DNA from: an uncultured archaeon
GTDB lineage: Archaea; Altiarchaeota; Altiarchaeia; JAFGQM01
Length of the DNA: 64,000 nucleotides
Assembly (NCBI GenBank): GCA_964619365.1
Contig: CAZUDQ010000006.1
Span: forward strand, 29,437 to 93,436
Direction of reading: 5' to 3'
Part shown: positions 1 to 9,763 of the stretch, in pieces
Layout of the letters: every line of letters begins with the position of its first letter
Numbering within the stretch: position 1 is the stretch's first letter
Program-made: the position numbers and the translations under genes
Notes under the pieces: model-generated
The model's database searches: none
Told to the model about the DNA's origin: nothing
The model's input: only the letters and a program-made list of their open reading frames with translations

Positions 1-43
1 GGACAAAATCATCGGGCCCCTTAATTGGGGTCCGCTATTTCTC

Positions 44-1249
44 TTACTTTCGAGATTTTTTCTTTCTTGGTGCAGGGGCACGATTTTTACGAAGATTTTT
101 TGCCCTTGGCATTCCTTTTTTCTTTGGAACGTCCTTAGGCTTTCGCATATTAAGATAGGATATTCCAAGAATTGCCACTATAACAATTACAAGGATTACT
201 ATAATCCATGGGGCGGACTGACTCTTTTGTTCAACAACAGGTATTTTTTCTACAATGAGCTGTTCGTCCTTCTTTAGTTCTTCAGGGAGTTTCTCGGGAG
301 TTTCTTCTTCTTTTGTCCCGTCTGCTGAATCATTCACGACCTCAGTTGCGTTTTCTTTTGATGGTTCTACCTGCTCTTTATCGTCAGCTATTATTGGGAT
401 CTCCACGCCCTCTTTTGCCGCAACATAAATCGAGTGTAAAACATCAACTTCATAATTGATTATATTGTTGAAATTGCGCCCTGCGCACTTAATCCACTCT
501 GGGTTGGTGTAGTCATAGTTTACATCCATCCAGATTGCAGAACAGTTACCATTCTCGCCTTCATAAGTCTCGCGTCCAAGCTTTGTTACAGCGTCATAGG
601 GTGACATCTCGTCAAGTGAACCGTCAAATTCTATGAACTCCCCGTATGTATCCATAAATTTCTGTGGGGGATACGACTTTGCGGAGGGGGAAATTGTCTG
701 TAGTGTAGTATAATCTGTGAATTTTGCGCCGTTTGCGGCGTTGCTTATGACTCTTGAAAAAAGTCCTGCGTCAGAAACATAGGAGAGTATTATACCTATC
801 TCTTTTGACGCGTATCCGTTTGCCGCCTTGCTAAGCTGGTTTACTGCCCCGTCCCATTTCCTCTGTGCGATTTTGGCAAGGTTTGCATCAGTAAGTTCGC
901 CTTGCGAATCAAACCTGATGTACTGTCCAACGCTGTCACAAATGCTCTCTTTTTTAAAACAGCTGTCAGGCAATTCCGTACCATAATAAAGAGATTTTTC
1001 TATTATCCACTCAGCCTCTTCTGGAGCGACTTCCTTTAGCATATCCCAAGCTTGGTCTGCCAAGAAATCATGAGTCGCATACATCGTGTCGCGCTTCCAC
1101 TCATCAATACTATTAGCAAGGCGTGGGTCTTTTGAAGGAGTGCCGTAAAGCGGGTCGTAATAAGGAGAATATCCGTTGCCCCAAGCTAGCGCGCCAGGAA
1201 TAATAAGACAGATTATTGCAAAAAGCATAATCGGGGTTTTTGCGTCCAT
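44..1249 (-). CDS. Membrane-anchored secreted protein with a degenerate zinc-dependent phospholipase C / P1-nuclease-like domain
   Basis: Signal peptide ending A-W-G-N-G; THDFLAD and YGTELPD motifs; acidic linker; C-terminal TM helix and basic tail. Confidence 0.6.
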   Translation of the reverse strand: MDAKTPIMLFAIICLIIPGALAWGNGYSPYYDPLYGTPSKDPRLANSIDEWKRDTMYATHDFLADQAWDMLKEVAPEEAEWIIEKSLYYGTELPDSCFKKESICDSVGQYIRFDSQGELTDANLAKIAQRKWDGAVNQLSKAANGYASKEIGIILSYVSDAGLFSRVISNAANGAKFTDYTTLQTISPSAKSYPPQKFMDTYGEFIEFDGSLDEMSPYDAVTKLGRETYEGENGNCSAIWMDVNYDYTNPEWIKCAGRNFNNIINYEVDVLHSIYVAAKEGVEIPIIADDKEQVEPSKENATEVVNDSADGTKEEETPEKLPEELKKDEQLIVEKIPVVEQKSQSAPWIIVILVIVIVAILGISYLNMRKPKDVPKKKGMPRAKNLRKNRAPAPRKKKSRK

Positions 1250-1291
1250 TTTGAATCGGGCTATTCTGCTAAGATTATAGGTTCAGGTTAT

Positions 1292-2518
1292 TTAAACCCC
1301 AGTTGTAGCCTTTGCTTCGGCAATCGTACGTTCCTTAAACGCCTGCACACCCTCTCCATCAAGTTTCTCAATGTCAAGGGCTGCCATAAGTCCTGGTATT
1401 AAGACTGTTTCTGTTTCTTTTGGAAGACTTGATTTTCCAATACTCTCAGAAATTATGTTTCGCTCCATTTCCTCGATACCTTCAGTTTTTACAGATACCT
1501 CAGAGTAAGATATCGCCCCAAGGGCGCTTATATTTCTCCTTATTGCGATAGCTCCGTTTTCTGCCGCAAACTCTGTTATGTGTCTAAAATTTATGTCGGA
1601 GGGTGCGCCTTCCTTAAGCGTTCCTTTGAGCCTGATTAAAAGAATGAATCCTTCAGAATCCAGTTCTGATATCTCCCCTTCTATCCTTGCCTGGAGTTCA
1701 GACGGACTAAGGCCCTCTGCATTAACAGTTATCGTTTCTATTTCACAAACCTTAAGTTCCTTAAATTCAATATCGGCTTTGCCATTTTCTACCGATACAA
1801 TATAGAACCCACCTTTCCCAAAACGCTCAAGTTCTGCAAAATTGGCTGGAAAAAGCGCTCCTGGGAACGCGACTGTCCCACCCTCGAAGTCATGCAAAGA
1901 GGGATGGTGTATGTGCCCTGTAGCATAATAATCGAATCCTTTGGGGAGAAGAGAAAGAGGCATGGCATCAACCTCTTTTAAGTATCCTGGCAAAAATTCC
2001 TTTATTCCAGCATGGAATGCGAGTATCTTAAAATCGCTTGGAGCATTTAGTCTTTCTGAAAGTTCTTTTTTGTCAAGGGCAATAAAAGTGTTCTCATCAA
2101 GAGCAGCCTTCCTTCCAGATATTCCGCATATGAGAGTTCCGTCAGGCGTCCTTATCGCATCTTTGCCAGCTTCTTTTGGGTCATCTTCACTCGCACGCCC
2201 GACATTGACTAGAAGTCCTGCGGACTCAAGAACACGAAGAAAAGTCTTTCCAGAAGGTGAGAAGTCGTGCGAACCTGCAACTGAGTAAACCGGAATCCCT
2301 TTTGCCTTTAATTTTGAGAGTTCTATTGTTATGAAATCAAGAACCTCAAAGGAAGGCATTGCCGTGTCAAAAAAGTCCCCTGCAATTATTATGAAATCTA
2401 CCTTTTCATTTATGCACATGGCTGTTGCTTGTTTGAATGCTTCTTCAGAGAATGCTTCTATTTCCGGGTCGCGCCAGCCACCCAGATGCAAGTCTGCTAA
2501 ATGTGCGAATCTTACCAC
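1292..2518 (-). CDS. mre11: Mre11/SbcD-family DNA repair exonuclease
   Basis: Metallophosphoesterase motifs ADLHLG, AGDFFD, GSHD, FH, GHIH. Confidence 0.85.
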   Translation of the reverse strand: MVRFAHLADLHLGGWRDPEIEAFSEEAFKQATAMCINEKVDFIIIAGDFFDTAMPSFEVLDFITIELSKLKAKGIPVYSVAGSHDFSPSGKTFLRVLESAGLLVNVGRASEDDPKEAGKDAIRTPDGTLICGISGRKAALDENTFIALDKKELSERLNAPSDFKILAFHAGIKEFLPGYLKEVDAMPLSLLPKGFDYYATGHIHHPSLHDFEGGTVAFPGALFPANFAELERFGKGGFYIVSVENGKADIEFKELKVCEIETITVNAEGLSPSELQARIEGEISELDSEGFILLIRLKGTLKEGAPSDINFRHITEFAAENGAIAIRRNISALGAISYSEVSVKTEGIEEMERNIISESIGKSSLPKETETVLIPGLMAALDIEKLDGEGVQAFKERTIAEAKATTGV

Positions 2519-2519
2519 C

Positions 2520-3449
2520 TTAGAAATGTTCCTGTGAGAGCACCTGACCGTCTACAGCTGAGAAAAGAAGGTATTTCTGCTGGTTTGATTTAAGGTTTGT
2601 TATAAGCGCCTTGTACTTGGGATAGTATATCGTTTCAATCTTTAATGTCACAGTCTCTGAGACTTTTTTGTTGGCGTTTGGAACGCGCCGTATTAGGCTT
2701 TGGGTTACAAGTTCGTCTTCTGCAAGCTTTGGCGTATACGCATTTGCAATGACTTCGGTCCTTGGGCCTGCTTTTTGCGGGTCAAAAGACTCCAACTTCT
2801 TGCCTTTGACATATATTTCAAGAGCAGGTTTTGGCACGCCTTTTGCATCATAATACTTGCCGGCTTCGTTCTTTTTGACAATTGTCTGAAGGCCTGTTAG
2901 TTTTAGGCCTGAGCCTCCCGAACCAAATAACCCTCCGCCACCGGTGCTTGACTTTATGTCATAAGAATCTGAACCTATCTTGACCTTAACTGTATCCTGG
3001 TCAAGAGCCAGGTCAAACTCGCGGTTAAGCTCAAATTTCCCTTTGTACTCTGCTACTGCGCGGTTTATGGGCTCATAAACAAGAGTAATAGAATCGACTC
3101 GGACTTCTGAAGGACTGGGGCTGCTAAAAACACTTGAGAATGCTTTGCATTTAAGGGACTCTGACTCGAGTTTGCGCTCGGCTCCTGTAAAGTCAAACTC
3201 CACTTGGACTGAAAGTACGTCTGGCTCTTTTCGCTTTATGTCCTTTGGGTCAATTACCTGGACTGGAGCGGGTGCTGGAGCAGGTGCTGGAGCAGGTGCT
3301 GGAGCGTGCGCAGGTTCTTTTGGTGTCTTTTGAACCTCTTTTTTTGTAGCTTCAGGGGCAGTCCCGTCGATTTTACTTCCACATTTAGAACAGAATTTAT
3401 GGCCGTCTTTTATTTCGGCTCCGCAATTTGGACAAAACATTTTAATCAA
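2520..3449 (-). CDS. Zinc-ribbon domain protein with Pro-Ala linker
   Basis: N-terminal CPNCG...FCSKCG; (AP)n linker. Confidence 0.7.
   Translation of the reverse strand: MIKMFCPNCGAEIKDGHKFCSKCGSKIDGTAPEATKKEVQKTPKEPAHAPAPAPAPAPAPAPVQVIDPKDIKRKEPDVLSVQVEFDFTGAERKLESESLKCKAFSSVFSSPSPSEVRVDSITLVYEPINRAVAEYKGKFELNREFDLALDQDTVKVKIGSDSYDIKSSTGGGGLFGSGGSGLKLTGLQTIVKKNEAGKYYDAKGVPKPALEIYVKGKKLESFDPQKAGPRTEVIANAYTPKLAEDELVTQSLIRRVPNANKKVSETVTLKIETIYYPKYKALITNLKSNQQKYLLFSAVDGQVLSQEHF
3264..3305. repeat. 12-bp coding tandem repeat encoding APAPAP
   Basis: (tggagcaggtgc)n-like units. Confidence 0.8.
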
Positions 3450-3497
3450 AGATTTAATTTTCTTTTATTTTGACTTACGAGAAAAAAAACCAACTAG

Positions 3498-3938
<441 letters not shown>

Positions 3939-3943
3939 AACAA

Positions 3944-4606
3944 ATGGATACTATCTTTATTCCTTGCAAAGCATCAATTGATGCAAAGGCTATCGCAAAG
4001 ACTGTTTCAAAAAATATTTCTGAAAAAAGAATCGGTTTGATAAGTACTGCCCAGTTTTGTTCAAATTTAAGAGAGCTTAAGGATCTTTTAGAACAAACTG
4101 GAACTTCTGTTACAATGGGGCAAGGCAGGCCGAACGTTGGACAAGTCCTTGGCTGTGACGCACTTGCAGCAAGAAACTGCGGGGATGTTGAGGCGTTTGT
4201 GTACATTGGAACTGGCGTCTTTCATCCCCAAAGGGCTGCTGTTGAGACTGGCAAGAAAGTTTATTCTGTTTATCCCGACGGGAAAATGGGTGAGATTATT
4301 GATGAAGAATACGTCAAGCTCTTTAACAAGAAAAAAATGGCGCGCATCTTTAAGTTCCAGGAAGCCATGAATATTGGAATCCTGGTATCAACAAAACCTG
4401 GTCAAAACAAGATAAATGAGGCATTAAAGTTAAAGGAAACTCTTGAAAAGGAAGGCAAGAGCGCAGTTATAATCGCGGCCTCAGAACTAAGTCCGACAAA
4501 CCTTCTGGGGTACAAAGTGGATTGTTTTGTCTCAACTGCTTGCCCAAGGCTCGTTGAAGATAAGTTTGGCGCGCCGTGTGTTGATATTTCTGAGATACTT
4601 AGCTAA
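3944..4606 (+). CDS. dph2: Diphthamide synthesis protein Dph2, short form
   Basis: GQVLGCD, YIGTGVFHP, LVSTKPGQ and TACPR motifs; N-terminal domain absent. Confidence 0.8.
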   Translation: MDTIFIPCKASIDAKAIAKTVSKNISEKRIGLISTAQFCSNLRELKDLLEQTGTSVTMGQGRPNVGQVLGCDALAARNCGDVEAFVYIGTGVFHPQRAAVETGKKVYSVYPDGKMGEIIDEEYVKLFNKKKMARIFKFQEAMNIGILVSTKPGQNKINEALKLKETLEKEGKSAVIIAASELSPTNLLGYKVDCFVSTACPRLVEDKFGAPCVDISEILS

Positions 4607-4634
4607 TTTATATAGTTTTGGGGATTAAGTAAGT

Positions 4635-5744
4635 ATGTCACCCCCTAATTCATCAAAACCTAAAGAAATAAAAAAGGCATACTTACTCGTGCATCCTTTC
4701 TACGGTTACTATGGGGGTGGGCAATTGGCCAGGGACAAAAAAACCCAGAAGTATACTGGATACTTACCAGTTGACCCGAATACTCGATTTTATAGAGAAC
4801 GTTTAGAGCTTGAGTGGGCAAAACAAGGACCAGAAAGAACTCTTAGTCAGGAAGAAATAAATGCAAAAAAAAGCGAGCTAACTGCGGGTTTGGTAAGTTT
4901 TGATGGATTAAGTCCTGAAGCTAGAAAAGGTTTTGAAGAAAGATTTGGAGCAGGGAGCGCCAGGCCAATTTATGATGGAATGCTAAGACATCAACAAGGG
5001 GACGCCGACTTGAAATTTAAAAAATGGTTCTATGATAAATCCTACAAACATCCTAGTGCCAAAGACATTGAAATTTATGCGCGAAAAGCTAAGAAACTCT
5101 ATAAAGGTGCAATCAATGAGGCCTCAAAAAGGAAGGACTCTGTTTTTGTCACAGTGAGTACGCCCTCTGTAAAAATAACTGCATTGCCAATAAAACATAG
5201 CCAACAGCTAACAAAGAGAACGCATGAGTACGGGCTCCTGAAATATTCCAAAGATAAATTAGGAAAGCGCTCGATTGTACTGCAGGAACACTTTTCCCCG
5301 ACAACGTTGTTTAAAGTCCTAAACGCGCGGGGATACAAACTCTCGCCGAATGTTGAAGTTGAAGGTTTTGGGGAAGTGGGGACGCCCTTAGAAGGATATG
5401 AACAGATAGGATGCGTCCCTGATGCTATGATAAGGTTAGGTGAGTCTCTTCCAGAAATGCGAAAGAGTGTTGAGACTGGAAGCATAAGGACTAAGAAAAA
5501 GGAACCTCCTCCTGAAGGTGGCTTTGACAGTAGAGACTTGTTTACGGCACCTAAGGCAGTGGATCCTTATGGGGAGATGCCGAATTGGCTCAACTTTGCA
5601 GACAAAACACCAAAAAAGAACGGGAAAGATTTATTCTGGATAAATCTATCAAGAAACGGAATTCCTCTTAAGAATATCGAAAGGTTCTCCAGAAAAGTAA
5701 GACACAGAAAACCTGGTCGTACTAAAAGAGTCAGGAAGAAATAA
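4635..5744 (+). CDS. Hypothetical basic protein
   Basis: 369-aa ORF with Pro/Lys N-terminus and Arg/Lys C-terminal tail; LLVHPFY and GFGE...GCV motifs. Confidence 0.65.
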   Translation: MSPPNSSKPKEIKKAYLLVHPFYGYYGGGQLARDKKTQKYTGYLPVDPNTRFYRERLELEWAKQGPERTLSQEEINAKKSELTAGLVSFDGLSPEARKGFEERFGAGSARPIYDGMLRHQQGDADLKFKKWFYDKSYKHPSAKDIEIYARKAKKLYKGAINEASKRKDSVFVTVSTPSVKITALPIKHSQQLTKRTHEYGLLKYSKDKLGKRSIVLQEHFSPTTLFKVLNARGYKLSPNVEVEGFGEVGTPLEGYEQIGCVPDAMIRLGESLPEMRKSVETGSIRTKKKEPPPEGGFDSRDLFTAPKAVDPYGEMPNWLNFADKTPKKNGKDLFWINLSRNGIPLKNIERFSRKVRHRKPGRTKRVRKK

Positions 5745-5838
5745 GGGACCTGTGTACCAGGGATGCTACCGCCAACTTCTAAAAAATTTGAATCAATAGA
5801 ACTTTCTCTAGCTGTCATGATTAATTAAGGGTTAAAAG

Positions 5839-6093
5839 AGAAATAGAGGCCCAGGTGCCAGGCATTCCCGACACCAGGTTGGGCAGATTTCTATGGGGGT
5901 GGTAAGTAAATCCCGATTGCTCGGGAGTTAGCATTATTTTCCATATCTACTTGTGATTGTGAGACGCCTGATACGGGTTCAGGGCTTTTCTCTGTACCCG
6001 CTTTTTGGGTTGCCAAACAAGCGGGGATTGGCCTAATGTACTCCCGCACGTGTTTGCCCATTGACAAATGTGCGGGGGCTTTAAAATGGCCTA
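5839..6093 (-). ncRNA. Candidate structured non-coding RNA (unassigned)
   Basis: Five GC-rich hairpins in a convergent intergenic gap; minus strand gives a GCAA tetraloop, two AAUG loops and G-U pairs. Confidence 0.35.
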
Positions 6094-6128
6094 TTTTGGG
6101 TTGTGGCTTGGGTTTTTAGCAAAACAGT

Positions 6129-6638
6129 TTACTTGGGTTCCTGGGTTGTTGGGGGCTTGGGAGCTTTGTAGTAAACAGTCCTGCCAGAGTGAATTTTTGA
6201 TAATGCTCCAACTGAATAGAGCTTGTGGAGTCGTGATGATGCCGCGTTCTTTCCTTTGTATCCAAGTTTTTTCTGGACGTCTTCTGCCGTGACTTCAGCT
6301 CGAGTCATGACAAAATCTAATATCTCGTGATCCTTCTTTGAAAGACCGATCTCTGGGGTTGTTTGGCTTGGAATGTCTGTTTCAAGCGAGTTAAGTCGCT
6401 TGTCGATTTCGGTCAATCGTATATTGAGATCAACAAGAAGTGAGTTGAAATTCTCCATTGCGGCCTTAAGGCCAAGGAAGATTTGTGAGAAGAGGAATGG
6501 GTTTTCGGAGATTGCTTTGTATTTTTCTGTGACTTCATTCAACTCCGTCATCTGGTCTGCCAGGTTAAGAGTATATTTTTGAGGTGAGAATTGTGGGGGC
6601 ATTTCCTCATCTCCAGTACTTGTCATAGTTCTCTCCAT
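6129..6638 (-). CDS. Coiled-coil plus winged-helix DNA-binding protein
   Basis: Heptad region followed by LSKKDHEILDFV...AEDVQKKLGYKGKNAASSRLHKL...GRTVYY wHTH. Confidence 0.8.
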   Translation of the reverse strand: MERTMTSTGDEEMPPQFSPQKYTLNLADQMTELNEVTEKYKAISENPFLFSQIFLGLKAAMENFNSLLVDLNIRLTEIDKRLNSLETDIPSQTTPEIGLSKKDHEILDFVMTRAEVTAEDVQKKLGYKGKNAASSRLHKLYSVGALSKIHSGRTVYYKAPKPPTTQEPK

Positions 6639-6643
6639 TTAAA

Positions 6644-6693
6644 TCGTGACTATATCACGACACAGTCTATATAAATGCGTGCTTTTTTCGTGA
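6644..6693. promoter_or_regulatory. Palindromic operator TCGTGA-N5-TCACGA, TATA box and extra half-site in a divergent promoter
   Basis: Palindrome 6644-6660; TTTATATA on the minus strand at 6668-6675; TCGTGA at 6688-6693. Confidence 0.5.
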
Positions 6694-6798
6694 CACTATA
6701 ATAATTATTATGTTATAAAACGCATGCTTTCAATCATAATAAAAAAGCTCCAAAAGCATTAGCCTTTTTATAGTTTGTGTCATTATATACCGGGGGAA

Positions 6799-7902
6799 AT
6801 GACAGAGAGTTTTGCTCTTAAAGGGGCAGCAAGATACTTGCGGGAAAATCATGACGGAAACGAGATAGATGATGTCTTGCTTATCTGTCACAATCTTGCA
6901 GATTCGTTATCTAAAGAGAAGGGGTATCTCCATCCGCGCGCGCTTGCTGCGGCGTCATCACATATATATTTAACTGGCCAAGGTGTCTCTGTGACTCTTG
7001 AGAAGGTCTCAGCCACCTTTAAAATATCTTCTGCAACACTTCGTGAGTATCTAAAAACATCCCCAGGTACAAGTGCTGAGGATGCATGCGAGAAGATGCT
7101 TGAAAAAAATCTTTATGGATACAGTCTTCGTGAAGCACTTAAAGCGCGTGACTTGCTTCTCCCTTCAATAAAACAAAAAAAGAACACTGTAAACTCTGCA
7201 GCCCTTGCCGCAGCTTCAGTTTATGTGTCCCTCTACAAAGGAGGGCAGGAAGTCTCTTTAAGTGATATAGCGCGTGATTACTCAATTTCCGCATCCACTC
7301 TTCGTGATTATGTCTCATGTTATGAAAAAGGTGTGGATCCAAAAGAACGCGCAATGAAGCTTCTTTTGAGCCATGCTCCTAATATCGATGAAAGGCAGGC
7401 TCTTCGTATCTTAGAATCCGCAGCAGAAAATACAGGTATCAATACAGCCCGAATTCTGGCTGCAATAACTTTTTATCTTTATACTGTCGACAAGCAGGAA
7501 TATGCGACAGTCGAACGTGTCGCACGTGATTTTAATGTCTCAATTCCTGCACTCAGATCATATCTGGAGCCGTATATGCCTTCGATTGCAGGAACTTACC
7601 TGCTCTTTAAGAAGGGGGGCGGCAGTGCAAGAGTATCACTTTCCCAGCTAAATGATTCTGAAACGGCTCTTCTTAAAAGTGCTTATGGGAAGTTCGGGAC
7701 AAATATTTTTGAAACGTCTGAGTTATTTCTTCTTGGTAATGCGCCAAGGGGGCGTTGGCAATTGCTTTTAAGAAAACTCGGAAAACTTGGGTTAATCGAT
7801 ATTTACAAAAGACCTCTTGACCCGCGACAATATTGCTCAATTAGCCAAAGTGTTGTTGATGTGCTTTCGACTGCAGAAAGACTTGAGAAATGGGTAGGCT
7901 AA
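6799..7902 (+). CDS. Protein with three TFIIB cyclin/HTH-like repeats and a C-terminal wHTH-like region
   Basis: Three LAAA/S..Y...[TS]L..[VI]A..[FY].[IV]S..TLR.Y-type repeats; no Zn ribbon; ATG at 6799 chosen as start. Confidence 0.65.
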   Translation: MTESFALKGAARYLRENHDGNEIDDVLLICHNLADSLSKEKGYLHPRALAAASSHIYLTGQGVSVTLEKVSATFKISSATLREYLKTSPGTSAEDACEKMLEKNLYGYSLREALKARDLLLPSIKQKKNTVNSAALAAASVYVSLYKGGQEVSLSDIARDYSISASTLRDYVSCYEKGVDPKERAMKLLLSHAPNIDERQALRILESAAENTGINTARILAAITFYLYTVDKQEYATVERVARDFNVSIPALRSYLEPYMPSIAGTYLLFKKGGGSARVSLSQLNDSETALLKSAYGKFGTNIFETSELFLLGNAPRGRWQLLLRKLGKLGLIDIYKRPLDPRQYCSISQSVVDVLSTAERLEKWVG

Positions 7903-7925
7903 AAATAAAATTCCTAAAGCGTATT

Positions 7926-9119
7926 CTAGTCTATTTCACAGTACCCGATAAGACGCCATTTCATCTCAATCCTCTTTGAGATAGCTATCCTGTCGCCTTT
8001 CTGTGCAACAATTGGGATTTTAAGGGCCATTGTTGCAGAGTCTGCCTTTATTTTTTGGACAACACCTACTGTGACCGCAGTACCAATTGAAAGCATCAGG
8101 GGCTCTCCTGGAAGAATCTCAAAGCCTACGTCAATAAGCTCCCTTTCTATCATATGGATTGTACAATCTATAGTTTTTAGGGGTTCGGGTAAAGTTCCTT
8201 TTAGACCTAGTACGTTTCCTGATAAAGAATCTGATTTTGTAAGATATGGGTCAAGCTCTGTTTTAAGTGCGATTAGGCCTCCGGGAACTGCTGACTGTGC
8301 AATCTCCTCACCATAATTAATTTCTGTTATTTTTGTGGTGACGGGTTCCCAGACATCCTGATTATGTTTCTGTGTCTTAATTCCAGGCTTTATTTCAATC
8401 TCGTCGCCGACCTTAAGCTTCCCTGAAACAAGACTGCCTCCAAGAACGCCTCCATTTATGTCTTCAATTGGAGTTCCCGGTTTATTTATGTCAAAAGAAC
8501 GGGCAATAAACATCTTAACGTCCTCCTGACCCCTGTTTTTCGGCGTTGGGATGAATTCTTCTATTGCCGCGAGAAGAACATCAAGATTTGCCGCTTCGTT
8601 TGCAGCTAAGGGTATTATTGGAGCCTCAATCCCTACTTTTTTGAGGAATGCTTTTATCTGCTCGTAGTTATTCTTTGCGTCCTCAGGGGTTACGACATCA
8701 ATTTTATTCTGAACGACAATAATATTTTTTAGACCCATTAGCTTTAGAGCCAATAAATGCTCTTTTGTCTGTGGTTGAGGGCACTCCTCATCTGCAGCAA
8801 TAACAAGTATTACGCCGTCCATTAAGGCTGAACCAGAAAGCATTGTTGCAATAAGTGTCTCGTGACCTGGCGCATCAACAAAAGATACTTTGCGCAGTAA
8901 TTTTCCGCCAGACTTATCATCAGCGCTAAATGATTCAAAACCGTCTTTTCCAGTAATGGAATATAAAGAGCAGTCAGCGTAACCCAGCCTTATTGATATT
9001 CCACGCCTAATCTCTTCGCTGTGGCGGTCTGTCCAAACACCTGAAAGTGCCTTTGTAAGTGTAGTCTTCCCGTGATCAACGTGCCCTACAAGACCTATAT
9101 TGGCTTCTGCTTGTGTCAT
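7926..9119 (-). CDS. eif2g: Translation initiation factor 2 gamma subunit
   Basis: [29 protein letters not shown]; start MTQAEANIG. Confidence 0.97.
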   Translation of the reverse strand: MTQAEANIGLVGHVDHGKTTLTKALSGVWTDRHSEEIRRGISIRLGYADCSLYSITGKDGFESFSADDKSGGKLLRKVSFVDAPGHETLIATMLSGSALMDGVILVIAADEECPQPQTKEHLLALKLMGLKNIIVVQNKIDVVTPEDAKNNYEQIKAFLKKVGIEAPIIPLAANEAANLDVLLAAIEEFIPTPKNRGQEDVKMFIARSFDINKPGTPIEDINGGVLGGSLVSGKLKVGDEIEIKPGIKTQKHNQDVWEPVTTKITEINYGEEIAQSAVPGGLIALKTELDPYLTKSDSLSGNVLGLKGTLPEPLKTIDCTIHMIERELIDVGFEILPGEPLMLSIGTAVTVGVVQKIKADSATMALKIPIVAQKGDRIAISKRIEMKWRLIGYCEID

Positions 9120-9144
9120 AAAAATAATTGAAGGATTATACCCT

Positions 9145-9579
9145 TTATTGGGTGGTTTCTCCTTCTGCCGGTGCTTCTGTAGCCTCACCCTCTGGGGGCT
9201 TTTCCAGACCAAGAAGCTTTGGGATTGAATCTTTTCCAGATTTTAGAACTACTGTGTTTATCTGCGATATGCTTTCGTCTATTACGTCGCCAACAACAGT
9301 CTTTCTCATCCTTATGCCGTGTCCGTCTGGGTTATATCCTTGGGTTCTTGTTGAAAGAAGAGCTTTTCCGCGCCCGGCTTTATGCATATCTTTTCTCATG
9401 GGGAATCCCTGTTTATCGGATCCACCACTTATCTTCACCTCATATCCTTTGAGGCCAAGTGGGGTAACATTTACCGTGTCCCCGATGTGCTTACCGAGGA
9501 AAACAGCAGCCCCCTCGTCTTTTGCTTCGAGGTTGTAGGACTTTCCGTCCTTTGTTCCAACAACTATTTTCGCTTCCAT
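9145..9579 (-). CDS. rps6e: 30S ribosomal protein S6e
   Basis: [13 protein letters not shown] motif; position between infB and eif2g. Confidence 0.95.
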   Translation of the reverse strand: MEAKIVVGTKDGKSYNLEAKDEGAAVFLGKHIGDTVNVTPLGLKGYEVKISGGSDKQGFPMRKDMHKAGRGKALLSTRTQGYNPDGHGIRMRKTVVGDVIDESISQINTVVLKSGKDSIPKLLGLEKPPEGEATEAPAEGETTQ

Positions 9580-9763
9580 TTTATATTTCTGATTAGTGGC
9601 TTTCTGTTCTTGAGGAGAAAGCGGTTTATTTGAAGCTAAGGGTATTAAAGGATTAAAAATACTCAAAACACGTTTATTCTTATCCAAGAAGATGGAATAC
9701 GCTTAATGAGCTAATCAAAAGGGAATAAAAATAGGCAATTTAAAGGACAGAAAAGGATAAGAC

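Noticed and set aside
5567-5818. 83-aa minus-strand ORF, and the many short ORFs nested in or antisense to core genes
   Set aside because: Shadow ORFs overlapping better-supported genes, with no recognisable motifs
5839-6093. SRP RNA, RNase P RNA or tRNA
   Set aside because: No SRP helix-8 motif, no GAGGAAAGUCC, and no cloverleaf or T-loop on either strand
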